Origin: Eledone cirrhosa
Lineage: Eukaryota
Direction of reading: 5' to 3'
DNA: 64,000 nt
NCBI GenBank assembly: GCA_964016885.1
Contig: OZ024745.1
Location: forward strand, 113,398,001-113,462,000
Shown: piece after piece, positions 29,544 through 45,109 of the stretch
Layout of the letters: each line of letters opens with the position of its first letter
Numbering within the stretch: the stretch's first letter is position 1
The notes under the pieces: generated by a model
What the model was told of the DNA's origin: nothing
The model's database searches: none
The model's input: the letters and a program-made list of their open reading frames with translations, nothing else
Position numbers and translations under genes: made by a program

Positions 29544-29832
29544 CACTCATACATAGGCATATAATCACACATACTATATAGACACACATATATATACACA
29601 CACATACATACACATATACCTACACTTACATACATATATACATACAGATATACACATACATACCTATATATACACACAAATACATACAGACATATATACA
29701 TACATACAGACAAATACTTACGCATCTATATATCGGTATATACATACAACCACCACTACACTCTCACACAACTCAGACATACAAAGAAAAAGGTATATAC
29801 CCATACACATATACATATACAAATAGAGAAAC

Positions 29833-29891
<59 letters not shown>

Positions 29892-30098
29892 CATACACAT
29901 ACATATACACATACACACATACACATACAAACACATACATACATGTACACACACATAGATATATATACACACACATACACACATACACATACATATATAG
30001 TCATACACACACATACACCTACACGAACATACAATACAAAGATATATATACACACACACACACACATACACACACACACATATATATAAAAAAAATAA

Positions 30099-30163
<65 letters not shown>

Positions 30164-30778
30164 CATACACATACATACACACATACATAGACATATATGT
30201 ACATACATACATATACATAGATACATACCCATACATACATACATATATATATACACACATAGACATATACATACATACACACACAACATACATACACACA
30301 TATATACTCATACATAGAATTAGATATATAAACATACATACATACGCACTTACATATACTCATATATACCAATACAAACGCATCCATATATGCGTATATA
30401 CATAGAAACACCACTACACCCTCACCCAATTCAGATATACAAAGAAAAAGGCATATACATATACATATATACATGCATCAATAGAGATATATATACACAT
30501 ATATATATATATATATATATGTGTGTACACACATACACTTATATACATATACCCACACACACATACAACCATAAATACACATACAAACACCCACATATAT
30601 AAATATATACACATATATATATATATACACACACACATAAAAGACAGACATGCACACATATATATTTTTTTACACATATATATACACATATATATACATA
30701 TACACACCCTCACATATACACATACACATAAGTTATATTATAATAATAAATAATATATATATATATATACACACATAC

Positions 30779-30833
<55 letters not shown>

Positions 30834-31131
30834 CACACATATGAATATAGACATATAAACACACATAGATATATATACATACATATATACACATACATAT
30901 ACACACACACACATATATACACATTCACATATACATGTGTGTGCATACACACATATATATATACATACACACATATACACATAAAACACATATATGTGCA
31001 TACATGCACACACACACATATATCCACATAGATACGAAGATATACATATAAATAGAGAGACATACATATATATACACACACACACATATACATACATACA
31101 TACACACACATATATATATATACACATATAC

Positions 31132-31186
<55 letters not shown>

Positions 31187-32548
31187 CAGACATACACATA
31201 CACATACATATAGACACATGCATATATACACACATATACACATACATACACACATATATATATATACACACAATCATACATTCTTATTTGCATGCGCATA
31301 TATGTATTTTTATATTCAGATATAAATACCCAAATATATATACACCTACCTACATATATATTCATACATACACGCTTACAAACACAGATGATAATAGTAT
31401 GGGGGAAAGGGGGGGGGGGTTGGAGAAGGGGATTATAGTAAATATATGTTTCAAGAAACATAGAATATTATCTGTATCTAGATCCAATGTATGTTTATAC
31501 ATAGTATCAGTGTTAGGAAATACAATAAACAAGGAATAAGGCACAATTTATGCAATTCAAAATAAATAAGTATACCATTAATTATATGTTAACTAAACTA
31601 AAGATAGTTAACATATTGATTTCTAAGGTGTAAATTAGTTAGGTTTATAATATTTGAAGCAGAATTTTGAAGTTAAATAGTAGTAGAGTATTAATTATAG
31701 TATAACTAAATTAAAGTTAATAACTTTATGGTATCAATATTAGGAAATGAATTTAGTAATAGGGAAAAAACAAATAAAGTATTACATCGGTAGTAGAATA
31801 TAAAATATAGGTTAATTAAATTAAAAATTATATATTTATTTCTATAGTATATGTTAATTAGGTATATAATAAATAAAACAGATATTGTATTTTATCAATA
31901 GCAGAATATAATTATATGCAAATAGAAATCAAAATTAATACATATACATATACATATACATACACATATATATATACACATATATATACATATATATATA
32001 CATATATACACACATACATACGCACATACATACACATACACATATACATATATATATTTTTTTTCAAAAATTGCAAAGAATATATTAACTAGGTATAAAT
32101 CCAAAACACATCCCATTCTATGATTAGATGACATTCTGCAATTCGTCTGTATAAGGATATTAATTTTAAGCCAATTAAATTAAATTTTTAGGTTGATTAA
32201 AATTAAAACCAAATTATAAATATATTTCTAAAATGTATATTAATTAGGTCTATATTACTAAAAATTATTTCTCTGTCATTGGATACACTATATTTTGTTA
32301 TATTTTATCTGTAAAAGAATTATAATAAAAAAATTTTTTATAATAAAAAAAATTTATAATAAAAGGTTTAAATAAATTAAAATTAATCTATAAATTAAAA
32401 TACTAAGTATATATTAGTAATATTTAAAGGTTTTTCACAATTTATGATTACATAATATTTTATATTCTCATCTGTAATAGAATTTTAATTAAATTAAATT
32501 TATAGGTTAACTAACATTTAAATTAAATTAATTTCTAAAATAATGTTA

Positions 32549-33130
32549 TTAATTAGGTTTATAATATTTAAATGTTTTTTTTAGTTTATGATTACACGAT
32601 ATAATTAATTCCTGTCGTTTATTTAATAGGATATCCTTAGATTTCATTATTTCAAATAGTTCTTGGGAACATAATCTACATTCATTTCTATTATTTTGAT
32701 AAGGGGTGGCTCTTTTGAGCACACTCCAGGTCAAATCATATTCTATATTCTTATTTTTATAACTATTGATTTTTTCTGCTAGAGATGTTGTATTAGCCAG
32801 TGCGGCATTTTTAAAACTATGCTTATGGGTATTAAACCTTGTCTTAAAATTGTTAGAGGTAGCTCCTATATATGAGCAAATAGAATCTTTAGTTTTAACA
32901 TTACATTTATAGACTATGTTGTTAACAAGACAATTCCCTTTTAATGGGCAGTTTGCTTTGTTTCTACAGTTACAACCTTTCGTTAATTCTGTATTTGAGG
33001 AGATATTATGGTTAATTTGATGTACTGGTGGTATACTTATGGTTTTCTTACATTTATATGCATTATAGGCACTTATATTTTGTTTTATGTTATTTGTTGT
33101 AGAGTATGAGAATTTAACTGTAGACCTATT
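32549..33130 (-). CDS. Penelope-like GIY-YIG endonuclease domain, 5'-truncated but uninterrupted (193 codons, no start codon)
   Basis: NRSTVKFSYSTTNNIKQNISAYN..GCNCRNKANCPLKGNCLVNNIVYKCNV..SYIGATSNNFKTRFNTHKHSF..TSLA..WSVLKRATPY..CRLCSQELFEI..LLNKRQELIISCNH..*. Confidence 0.9.
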   Translation of the reverse strand, partial: NRSTVKFSYSTTNNIKQNISAYNAYKCKKTISIPPVHQINHNISSNTELTKGCNCRNKANCPLKGNCLVNNIVYKCNVKTKDSICSYIGATSNNFKTRFNTHKHSFKNAALANTTSLAEKINSYKNKNIEYDLTWSVLKRATPYQNNRNECRLCSQELFEIMKSKDILLNKRQELIISCNHKLKKTFKYYKPN

Positions 33131-33390
33131 TCTTTGTATGTCTTTTTCTTTGTATGTCTGAGTTGTGTGAGAGTGTAGTGGTGTTTGTATGTATATACCG
33201 ATATATAGATGCGTAAGTATTTGTCTGTATGTATGTATATATGTCTGTATGTATTTGTGTGTATATATAGGTATGTATGTGTATATCTGTATGTATATAT
33301 GTATGTAAGTGTAGGTATATGTGTATGTATGTGTGTGTATATATATGTGTGTCTATATAGTATGTGTGATTATATGCCTATGTATGAGTG

Positions 33391-33453
<63 letters not shown>

Positions 33454-33590
33454 ATATATATGTGTATTTATATGTATGTGTGTATTTGTATCTATGTGTA
33501 TATATGTATATGTTTATATATGTGTGTGTATGTTATGTTCTAAGTGTGGATGTGTGTATATGTATGTATGTGTTTGTATATGTGTATGTG

Positions 33591-33633
<43 letters not shown>

Positions 33634-34358
33634 GTATGTATATATATATGTATGTATATATATATATAGATATATATATATGTGGATATATATATATATA
33701 TATATATTTTTTTTCTTGATATATTTCTTTTTTCTTTTTTCTTTTTTCTTTTTCTTTTCTTTCCTTTTTAATGTTTATTTATTATTTATTATTATTTTTT
33801 ATTTTTTATTTTCTTAGTTTATAGATACATCTATATTAAGCAGGCAGCCCAAACCGTTGAATACTGACCTCCCCCCCCTCCCACCTAATTTCTGTATCTT
33901 TATCTAAATGTGTGTGCCAGTGTTTATGTGAGTGAATTAATATCCATGTGCTTAGGATTTTATATCCACATATATATATGTGAGTGGTGGTGTGTGTGGG
34001 TTTGTATGTTTGTAGTTTATGTGTATGTTTATGCATATACGCGCGTGTATGTGTGATTGTACGGATATGTGTTAGTATGAAAATATGTGTATACACTTAT
34101 TTCATATTTATGTATCTATACGCATCTTATATGTGCATTATAGACTTAAAGAGACATTAACCTTGAAATTTTGTTTTTGCATCCATCCTTTTTGTATGAG
34201 TATACAGGTTGTGCATACATTTTTGTAAAATATGTGTAAGGGTTATTACATGTATATACACACACCGAACGGCATTAAACCTTTTGTATTTTCATTGGTC
34301 AATTTTGTTCCCAAACGGACCTGAAAGTTTGAATTGTTGTTATTATCAATAAATATAT

Positions 34359-34512
34359 TTCATTATTTCTGAAGACGGCGTATATATGTGTTGGTATGTA
34401 TATTTAATCTTGATAGTTTGTATAATTTTGTATAATTTTGTACATAGATCTGTTGAATATGCATGCCAACTCTAACACATATATATCCTAGAAACGATCG
34501 TTAAATAATGAA
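34359..34512 (+). ncRNA. Type I hammerhead ribozyme with 115-nt stem II
   Basis: ttcattattt-CTGAAGA-[115 nt, in which tatatatgtgtt pairs with aacacatatata]-GAAA-cgatc-GTT-aaataatgaa, with a perfect 10-bp stem I. Confidence 0.8.
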
Positions 34513-34557
34513 CTTTTTTTGTTTAATATAAGGAATTGTTTATTCATTATTTGTTTA

Positions 34558-34715
<158 letters not shown>

Positions 34716-34759
34716 CATATATCATAATATAATATAATGTATATATATATATATATATA

Positions 34760-34963
34760 TCGAAGGAAGTGTGGTAAGGAACCAGATGACCAATACGCAC
34801 CAGAGTACTCAATGCTTAGGGTAGTAGAGTGGGTAATAGGAAAATGTTTAAACCCGACGGTAGAGCTCAAGCCGTTTCGACGGCTATTTCTGGACTAAAT
34901 TCAGTCCAGAAATAGCCGTTGAAACGGCTTGAGCTCTTCCGTCGGGGTTAAACATTTTCCTAT
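34760..34963. mobile_element. Family B palindromic element
   Basis: Arms about 34837-34897 and 34903-34963; flanked by (TA)n. Confidence 0.8.
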
Positions 34964-34964
34964 A

Positions 34965-35070
<106 letters not shown>

Positions 35071-36164
35071 TTTAGAGAGAGAGAGAGAGAGTTAGGATTT
35101 AGCTTCGGGCATAACTGTATACATATATGTTGTTGGAATTTCGTATTTCTAAAGAAATACGGTATGTTTACAGATACACATTTAAAAAGCTGTAGCTATG
35201 CAAAACCACCGGAGGCTGTCGCCCCCTGGTGGTTCTAGCAGAAGCAAGGGAGATAATCGTCGATGCATTTTGAACTTAACCGTTTCTCATCAGAAGGATC
35301 CTTCGCACTCTTGCGACTGCTGGTATGATAATTGCGAAAGACAGATGTAGATATTTATACTCTGCCCTAATGCATATTTCTGTGGCCTTAGTAGTTACGT
35401 ATGAACTCCATATCGCAGTCACCATCATGATTTCATCCGACAGCATAATAAATAATGTATATTGCTCTAGAACCTATCGATAATGATTCTGCCAATCAAC
35501 AGTCCTGTGGAACCTTAATATAGAAAACGAAACTTATTCAATATATTTTACTATGAATATAAAAAAAAAATATATATATAGTTGTGAATATTTAATTTAG
35601 CATATTATATTATATGATACAGCCCTGCATCAGTTTAATCCGGCTGCAATACATTATAATATGTATGTTCTTTGCTTTTTAAAACTGTCTAATACCCTTC
35701 CTTCTTTGGGTTTGCAGAGGTCAATACAAAAGGAACGACACAGGCATAGAGGTCAGTTCTTCGTTAAAGGGTCAAAGTCTAAATCGATATAATGCTGGAT
35801 AAAATTCATTTAAGTGTGTAATTACACTCCATTACGTTTGGAATTCAAGTCCCTTTGGAAGCATAAGTTCATTTCATTCATTCAGAGCCCATGACAATAA
35901 GTACCAATCGAGTAATAGAAGTTAATTTACTAAAGCACTCCCGTTACATGGTTTTTAACATATACACAAAGTTTACGTCTGTCACATGATGTCTGTGTTA
36001 GTACTTGTTAGCATTTGTTATGTTCATGTAAACCAGCCAATATTATTTAATTACTGGCTTTTAATCAGATCATTTCCACATGAATGTGCGTAGCTTTGCT
36101 AATTACAACTATTTCGCCTATACCTTTCGAGTAGTGCTTATATATTTAGAGTATGTAATAATAA

Positions 36165-36450
36165 ACGTGGCCTAGTGGTAAGGGTGTTGGACTCAGGACT
36201 ATAATGTTGTGGGTTCAACTCCTGGACTGAGTTGTGTATTGTGTTCTTGAGCAAAGCTCTTCATTTCATGCTGCTCCAGTATACTCAACTGAAAATGAGT
36301 TCCAGCAATAGCTGAGAGTTTAACTCTGCGATGGACTGGCGTTCCTGTCCAGCGGGGTAGTATTGTACACTCAGTCACTTAACGCCATGGAAACCGAGAT
36401 AAACACCGGCCTGATGAGCCTCTGGACTCGAGACAGTCTTTAGACTTAGA
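36165..36450 (+). mobile_element. tRNA-derived SINE, second family, with a V-SINE-like central block
   Basis: A box TGGCCTAGTGG and B box GGTTCAACTCC, followed by gtgttcttgagcaaagc...gcgatggactggcgttcctgtccag. Confidence 0.75.
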
Positions 36451-37269
36451 GATTGATAAACGTAGTGTAAGGTGTATCTTTACGGTGAACAGGTATTGGT
36501 GATTCACTTTCAATTCTTGGTCTACTTAATATACCATAACTTTCCTCTGAATACCTGATACCAATATTATAATCATGAATATATCATGACTATTATTTGC
36601 AGGAGAAACGTTTGGGAATAAATATCAAAAAGGATTAAATTTCTTTTTATAATCCCCGAGTTCAAATCTTACTAGGTCCATCTTTTTTATTTTACTAGGT
36701 CCATCTTTCTCATCTTTCATTCTCTAGAGACAAAAGAAGATGCACCAGTTAATTTTCTCAAATTAATATACATATTCTTTTCATATCTATATGTGTTAAT
36801 GAGAGAAATCATTATTATAGATTTTTTCAGAGAATGGTCTTGCCGTATTCCATATAAAGTATGTTCCTTTCATGTGTTTTTTGGTAGTTTGGGGTTAAAA
36901 AAATAATTATTGGTGAAGGCCATCCTCCTGCCACCTCCCCAGTTCCACCACTCCTGAATTTACAGGTAGTTAGTATTAATTAGTATTAAATGGATATTTC
37001 CTCTGAACCAGTATGTGACCATGATGTTAGTGATTTGATCCCTATGTTTAAACTGAACTGCATTGATTTTCTTTTCAACGCAAAACAGTACTGCGCATCA
37101 TAATAGGTAATGTATGAGGTACCATACATAAATAATGTATACAGAGTTACAATTCCTAATTCAAAGTATGTTGATATGTAAAAGGTGGAGGAGGAAAAAG
37201 AAACTGATGAGGGTCTTCAACAGTTGAAAAAAAGAATTATTTTGAGCAGTATGACATGTAGATGTATGG

Positions 37270-37354
<85 letters not shown>

Positions 37355-37435
37355 GCTAAACAGAAATAACCACACAATCGGTACAGTATATGGAAGGGAT
37401 ATATTAGGTTAACTCTTGGTGTAGCAGGAAGAGGG

Positions 37436-37471
37436 TCTTAACGTTTCAGACGCTAGTCTTTCATCAGAAGA
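37436..37471 (-). ncRNA. Minimal type I hammerhead ribozyme
   Basis: Minus strand reads tctt-CTGATGA-aagactagcgtct-GAAA-cGTT-aaga, with palindromic AACGTT stem III. Confidence 0.8.
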
Positions 37472-37679
37472 AAGAATGAGAAATAAGATAGATTGAGGGG
37501 ATAGGTGAGTTGGAATTGGAAAAAATGTCTTTAGATAAAAATAACAGGTGCATTCATGTTGACATCTCTTGCAAAACTGTTGGTGGTGGCGTTTTGTGTT
37601 TTATTTATTTTTTAGAAAAGTGGATGATGGAAAAAAACAACGTTTTGTAAAAAGAGCTATACTTGTGCACGTGCGTAAG

Positions 37680-37761
<82 letters not shown>

Positions 37762-38226
37762 CGTGTGTGTGTGTGTGTTGTTGTGTGTGTATGTGTGTGT
37801 GTGTGTGTGTGCGTGCGTGCGTGTGTCTGTGTGTGTGTTATTATACGTCCGTACGAAGGTAAGAAGAAATGTGTGTGTATATGGAAGTAAGAAAAGTGTG
37901 TGTGCATGTAAGTACGAAGCTATGAGCAAAGGTATGTTAATATAAGGGTGTGTATCTGTGTATACAGAGCAGTGAAGGGAAAAGAGGAGTGAGCATATAT
38001 AGTCGGCATGTATTAGTTGTAAAATAAGATGTTAATGATCAAGAGAAAACGATAGGAATCTAGGGGTGTGATGGACGGGGTATTAGAGAAATTGTACGCC
38101 TGTTTACTATCTACATCAAGATGATAGGTAAAATATATTGTTAGTTCAGAGTGGGGTTATTTCAACTGTCAAAACGAAAAGACATTTCATCTAAATCTTT
38201 TTGAAAATGTTTATACATTTACCTAT

Positions 38227-38342
<116 letters not shown>

Positions 38343-38382
38343 GTATATATATACACGTATATATATATATATATATATATAC

Positions 38383-38418
<36 letters not shown>

Positions 38419-38419
38419 G

Positions 38420-38462
<43 letters not shown>

Positions 38463-38519
38463 GTATATATATATATGTATATATATATATATGTATATAT
38501 ATATGTATATATATATATG

Positions 38520-38614
<95 letters not shown>

Positions 38615-38625
38615 ATATATATATG

Positions 38626-38678
<53 letters not shown>

Positions 38679-38705
38679 GTATGTATGTATATATATATAT
38701 GTATG

Positions 38706-38778
<73 letters not shown>

Positions 38779-38784
38779 ACATAC

Positions 38785-38815
<31 letters not shown>

Positions 38816-38972
38816 GGAACAAGTAAGACCCCGGCGGCTGAGCTCAAGCCGTTTCGACGGCTAATTCTGGACTCCACTGGTTCCTTACCACTTTTCCTTC
38901 GTTATATATATATATACATATATATATATATACACATATATATATATATATATATACTAATATACACACATA

Positions 38973-39007
<35 letters not shown>

Positions 39008-39024
39008 GTGTGTGTGTATATTAG

Positions 39025-39083
<59 letters not shown>

Positions 39084-39102
39084 ATATTAGTATATATATA
39101 TA

Positions 39103-39265
<163 letters not shown>

Positions 39266-39298
39266 GTGTGTGTGTATATATATATATATATGTATATA

Positions 39299-39421
<123 letters not shown>

Positions 39422-39424
39422 TGA

Positions 39425-40195
39425 GTTAAGAACTCAGAGTAGTCTCTTACAATTAAATACCTCTAAGAAAAAAGCTTTTCCGAGCCGTACAATATAATTG
39501 AATAAACACGAAAGATGAACACTAATATAAACATACATGTGTTCGAATCATAAGGACTAAAGTTGCTACGGTGAAAAAGTACTAACTACAGCAATATGGT
39601 TTGTTATGCTTAACTTTAAATATTAAATTAAGAAAAATTAAGAAACATAACAGACCTATAATGGGCAAAACGCCTAGTAACAACTAGACAGTGTTGGAGA
39701 CTGTACGCAACATCTTATTAAGTGAAGTTCTCACATTTCTCTGCTCCTCAGTAGTTGTTGAGAAATTAGTGATCCTTTTACTTCTAAAAATATTAGAGAA
39801 TGAATTGTGTGCGATATGAAATATCGCAGGTGTCATTCGGAACCCAGCTTGTCTTGAAATTCCCTGCCCGCTACATATAGCAGCCTGGCGGACAGGACAT
39901 TAAAAATTAGCTCTACATTATGGAGCCGACAAATGTAGTCTCTTACAATTAAATAGCTCTAAGAAAAAAAGCTTTTCCGAGCCGTACAATATAATTGAAT
40001 AAACAAGAGAGATGAGCACTGATATAAACATACATGTGTTCGAATCGTAAGGACCAATTTAATTTAATATTTAAAGTTAAGGATAACAAACCATATTGCT
40101 GTAGTTAGTATTTTTTCACTTTAGCAAATTTGGTCCTTACGATTCGAACACATGTATGTTTATATTAATGTTCATCTCTCTTGTTTATTCAATTA
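39425..40195. repeat. Family E repeat with direct and inverted internal duplications
   Basis: 39440-39560 matches 39935-40055, and 40060-40195 is an inverted copy of about 39490-39630. It is related to 59985-60955. Confidence 0.7.
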
Positions 40196-40234
40196 TATAT
40201 ATATGTATATATGTATATATATATATTATATATA

Positions 40235-40862
40235 TAAAATAGAATCCAGACACAGAAAAGATGCAATGTTTAGGCAAATTACAGAGGCAGTAAGCATAAA
40301 AGAATTACAACCAAAATTAAATAGAAAATATGTGTGGAACAGCAACATCACAACTTACAATTAAGGACAAAATGAAAACACACACAGGACAAAATGAAAA
40401 CACACACACACATAGAACAAACAACCAACCAACAATATATAAATAAATAAATAAACAAATAGATAAATGAACACAAACACACACAGATACCCGGATGTGG
40501 CGCATGCGCAAACTGAGCACACAACACACACACAGAAACAAAATGGCGTAGGATAGAAGAAAGGAAAGGCACAGAAACAAAGAGAGGAATCCCCAGTCAC
40601 TGAAGAGGTCACAGAGTGTGTGACGAAAGGACTATGACTATATATAAACAACTATCTGGTTGTGGAACCAACCAACCAACCAGAAATTTATAGGTTTGTA
40701 AATTTGTAAATTTATAAATTTATAAATATATAATAAATTGAAGTGAAAGCAACTGGTGCGTGTGTTTCTTATTGGCAACATGACCCTCCCAAAGTATAAC
40801 AATATCGGTTTCAACACACGATTTCAGATAAAGAATCTTGCTAAACAAATTCAGAAACGAAA
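40235..40862 (+). mobile_element. 3' fragment of a Penelope-like element (family D): GIY-YIG C-terminus plus pLTR
   Basis: IESRHRKDAMFRQITEAVSIKELQPKLNRKYVW is followed by an HHR; the tail recurs at 59380-59740. Confidence 0.75.
40595..40639 (+). ncRNA. Type I hammerhead ribozyme (family D)
   Basis: agtca-CTGAAGA-ggtcacagagtgtgtgac-GAAA-gga-CTA-tgact. Confidence 0.82.
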
Positions 40863-41151
40863 TATATATATATATATATATACATTTATATATACCATAT
40901 ATATATATATATGTGTGTGTGTGTGTATGTGTGTGTGTGTGTATGCCACTCTAGTGTAACTGTGAGCAGAACGAAACGGTTTATTGCAGGTTTGAGTTCA
41001 TGCCCCAGCATGGCACTGTACAATTTTCTTCAGTTCCTAATTCAACATATCAACATATGGCTGATTGAATACACATGTGTTTTTTTTCTCAAGATTTTCC
41101 GTTCCTTTTCTCACTCCTTACCTTTCTATTTCATTTTTATTTATCATTATA

Positions 41152-41190
41152 AATTCTGAAGAAGAACTAGTGTCCGAAACTTTAAGACTC
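41152..41190 (+). ncRNA. Decayed minimal hammerhead motif
   Basis: CTGAAGA-agaactagtgtcc-GAAA-ctttaaga resembles the 37436 motif, but the stems are imperfect. Confidence 0.45.
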
Positions 41191-41356
41191 TTCTATTATT
41201 TCAAGCGTTAAACTAATATATTTATTCATTGTATTGTGTCTTATGCTTTTTTATTTCTGTTTACCTTTTTACATACACATGTGTGGGCGTGTTTACCCCC
41301 ATGGGAAGGAGTTTGGACATTTCTCAGTTGAAAGCATTATATATATCTGCTGTATA

Positions 41357-41543
41357 GGCGGTGGATTGGCAGTATCGGTAGAGGATCGGACGCCATGCTT
41401 TCCAGCATAGTTACGTCCCTTTACGATCTGAGTTCAAATCCCGCCGAGGTTGACTTTGCCTTTCATCCTTACGGGGTCGATAAAATAAAGTACCAGTAAT
41501 GCACTGGGTAATTGCTGGCCTTGTGCCTAAAGTAGAAACAATT
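41357..41543 (+). mobile_element. tRNA-derived SINE, full length, with TSD
   Basis: A and B boxes present; flanked by the direct repeat attatatatatctgctgt. Confidence 0.92.
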
Positions 41544-43260
41544 ATATATATATCTGCTGTTTATTTAATCGGTAAATTCAATGGGGCAATCGGTAAATTC
41601 AACTCACATCACTAAACTATTCTCTTCAGAGTGTTTAAATTAATTTTGCATTAATGTCACCAACGTACCAACTGTTCTCTTGTGTACAAAACATTTCCAT
41701 AGGTTTCTACTTATCGGAGATAATTTATAAATATTTATCTATTTATATTTAACTGTTTTCTTTCCTGTCTATACCGGCCAACACCTCGTAGCAATAATGC
41801 CTATAGCAAATTAACGATGCGATATTTCGACGCTATTAAAGAAAAGCAGTCCTCTTAACAAATTAGATCAACTAAGTTGGCATTTCCTCACAGTATGAAA
41901 TTCAAATAGTTCACAAATGAGCAGTACAAGAAGAAATAATGGTCAGAATCCAAAACACTTGGGAATTACTTTTTAATAAACTTATATGCATATAATTGAC
42001 ATTTACCAGGATAACAGTATTTTTCACATTACATATACTTCATATTTACGGTCTGCTCTTAGTATCAAATTGGTGAAGTTTGTATTAAAGAACCTTCTCA
42101 CACGTATTGAGAAATGCCACTCAATGTGTTAAATTTACGATTTTTACGTAGTGTAAGGTCTGTGAAAAAGATTTTAAGCTCCATATGTGTGTCATCAAAT
42201 TATTTTAGACCCGGTGTAAAAGTATTTCAAAATACTATATTTTCATATGATGATATTTTAGACCGGGTATAAAAGTATTTGAAAATACTATAGTTTCATG
42301 TGCTGATAACAATTACAAATTCATCACCACATAATTGTCAACATTGGTGTGTAGGATCATCTATGGTACTATACTTATATAGATGGAAGTAGAAATATTT
42401 GTTTTAATATGAAATAATATTCCTTAGGGGAAACACTGAAATTTCAACGATGGAAATTTCTGTGAAATATTTAACTAGAACCATGAAATATGATGAATTT
42501 TGTGTAAGGAGGATTTAAAAGAAATTAACTAATTTATTTCTCCGACGAACGACAGAGATCAATAAAGGAATTACCAATTTGAAATATTTACTGGGGCTGA
42601 TATAATCGACTAGGCCCCATCAAATTGGCGCCACAGCATGACCACAGTTCAATAAAGTAAATATAGAAAATATTAAAAGAAAATTTGAAGCATAATATGA
42701 GCGAATCCTTCTCTCCTATATGAGGCAATATTATCTCAGCTATGCTAACCTCGCCTCACATCAGTTAATAACAAACGACACAGTTATGCCTTACAATGCT
42801 TACAAAATCTTTCTGTGTATTAAAATGCATGGATAATGATGGGTCTCCCCACCTCTACATTACAGTAATCTAATTATTCACGCAAGTAGTTTTCCTGCAT
42901 CTACATGAAGGCTGGTGTTTATTAAATAAAGTATATAAACAAAGCAAATGTATTCCGAAGATCAACACGCTGAATGTAAGATCAAACATTAAACATAATT
43001 CTGTTGTTTGCAAATATTATTTTTCATTTAATAGTATATGTTATCATTGCATGAACAGAAACCATCACATACTTACATATATGAATATATATAACTGTAT
43101 ATAACTATATATAAGTGTATATTTACATATATAAATTCATATGTATATGAGTATGTGCGTATGTATGTATAAAATATATATAGCTACATATGTATATATA
43201 TATATACATATATATACATATATATTTATGCACAAATGTATTTAGATATGCATATAAATA

Positions 43261-43338
<78 letters not shown>

Positions 43339-43438
43339 TAGCTATATGCATATCTATATACATATGTAAACATATATATTAGTTCACACCTAGCTGTCGA
43401 AACGGCCGGAGCTCAGCTGTCAGGCTCCTGGCTCTTTT

Positions 43439-43524
<86 letters not shown>

Positions 43525-44154
43525 GTATATATATATATGTGTGTGTGTGTGTGTCAATACAATTTCAATTGTAAAAAGACTGAGGACAATTTAGTCACTG
43601 GTGGTATCTACAAATTTGAAATATCTCCTCAATTTTATGATGGTTTCGTGATCATTTGATTATAAAATGGCATATTACCAAGAAATAGAGAATTTGTTTG
43701 ATTTCTAAAAAGCGTTACGCACTCATAATCTCCAAGCATGTGTGGAGTCAGTTATTTTATTGATAAGTTATACTAACATTGAAACTTGTTCAAATACTGA
43801 ACTGTTCAAATGAAAATATTAAAATTGACGCCGGTCGGTGATTACTGAACACAAACAGTTTCCAATACCAATAGATGCTCTACTGATTCTACCCACAGCT
43901 CTATGTTCAGATATACTGAATGTCTGATATTTATGTCTAACATACGCATAAATCCACCAATGTTCAAGAAAGAACACTCATGTCAATAATCTAGAATATT
44001 CAACTGCTCCTAATTCATCGAATATTGAAGGTTGAAACACGAAGTCACCATGAGAAGGTTTTGAACAGAGGATGCAAATAAACATGACTAAAAATCGTAA
44101 CTCATTACGTCAGGTGCGAAGCATGTTATCAGCAATTAGACCACCCTACAATTG

Positions 44155-44300
44155 GGTCTAGTACCTCGCGAACTGAAATGGCGCCTCCAGGGCATCTCCC
44201 GCAAGATCCTCCAGAGAAACGCCTGATCTATTCTGTCCGCAGGACCGTGGGGTAGTCAGAACGTGGGCCCCCATTAGCGCATAATAGTGAGAGATGGGAG
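44155..44300 (+). pseudogene. Possible 3' fragment of a CRE-like RLE non-LTR retrotransposon
   Basis: GC-rich island translating to PRELKWRLQGISRKILQRNA*SILSA, similar to the RLE C-terminal motif (DPRE..WL.QRIS.AI.RGNA.SIL) as I recall it. Confidence 0.45.
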
Positions 44301-44972
44301 GAGCGGGAGAGAGGGTGGCAGTGACAGTGGGAATCTGTTTCCTTTGTGTTCGGACCTGGTGTATATTATATCTTTCACTCACATTGAGGCAGTCTAGTTA
44401 TCTCTCTTTACGATTCTGTTTTGTAGACTTGCATTATAGTGGTATAATCAGGAAATTAACATGTGTATATTCTAGTAGGCATACAATTCAATCCATTGTT
44501 TTACTTTAGCTCTGATAGCTGCCATTCTCTCTCATTCACCAAATGAAGGGAAATGTCGTTTTTTGTTTTTCGTCAAAACAGATTAATTTACTCACTTTAC
44601 TTATTTACATTATTAATAATTTGTTTTTAGGTATATATATCTTTCGTATTGATTTGTAATTTAATATATTTATAGTAGCATATTCTCAATTATATTCAGT
44701 ACTTCCATTAAAACAATTAACGTCTACATCAGCATGTATGTTAATTTGTGTCTTGAGAATGTTTTCTCATCTGTAAATAACACCTGGAATAATTGTATGA
44801 ATGCACACACTGTTTATGTATATTGGCGATATTCCATACATAAATATTGATAATGCAACTATTAATAACTTATTTCAATGGGGCATAACTTTAAAAGTTT
44901 GAATGAGCTGACACTCAAAATTACGTCTAACCGACGTGAGTTGTAGAGTCCAACGTTATATTATACTTCGAT

Positions 44973-45022
<50 letters not shown>

Positions 45023-45109
45023 TACACACAGAGACGTTTTTTAATGATTTTTTTTTTTTTATATTGAATCCGGCTTTACTGATACTCCATTTTAAAGTAT
45101 TATTCACTA

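Noticed and set aside
41357-41450. tRNA gene suggested by A and B boxes
   Set aside because: There is no cloverleaf; it is the head of a multi-copy SINE with a TSD.
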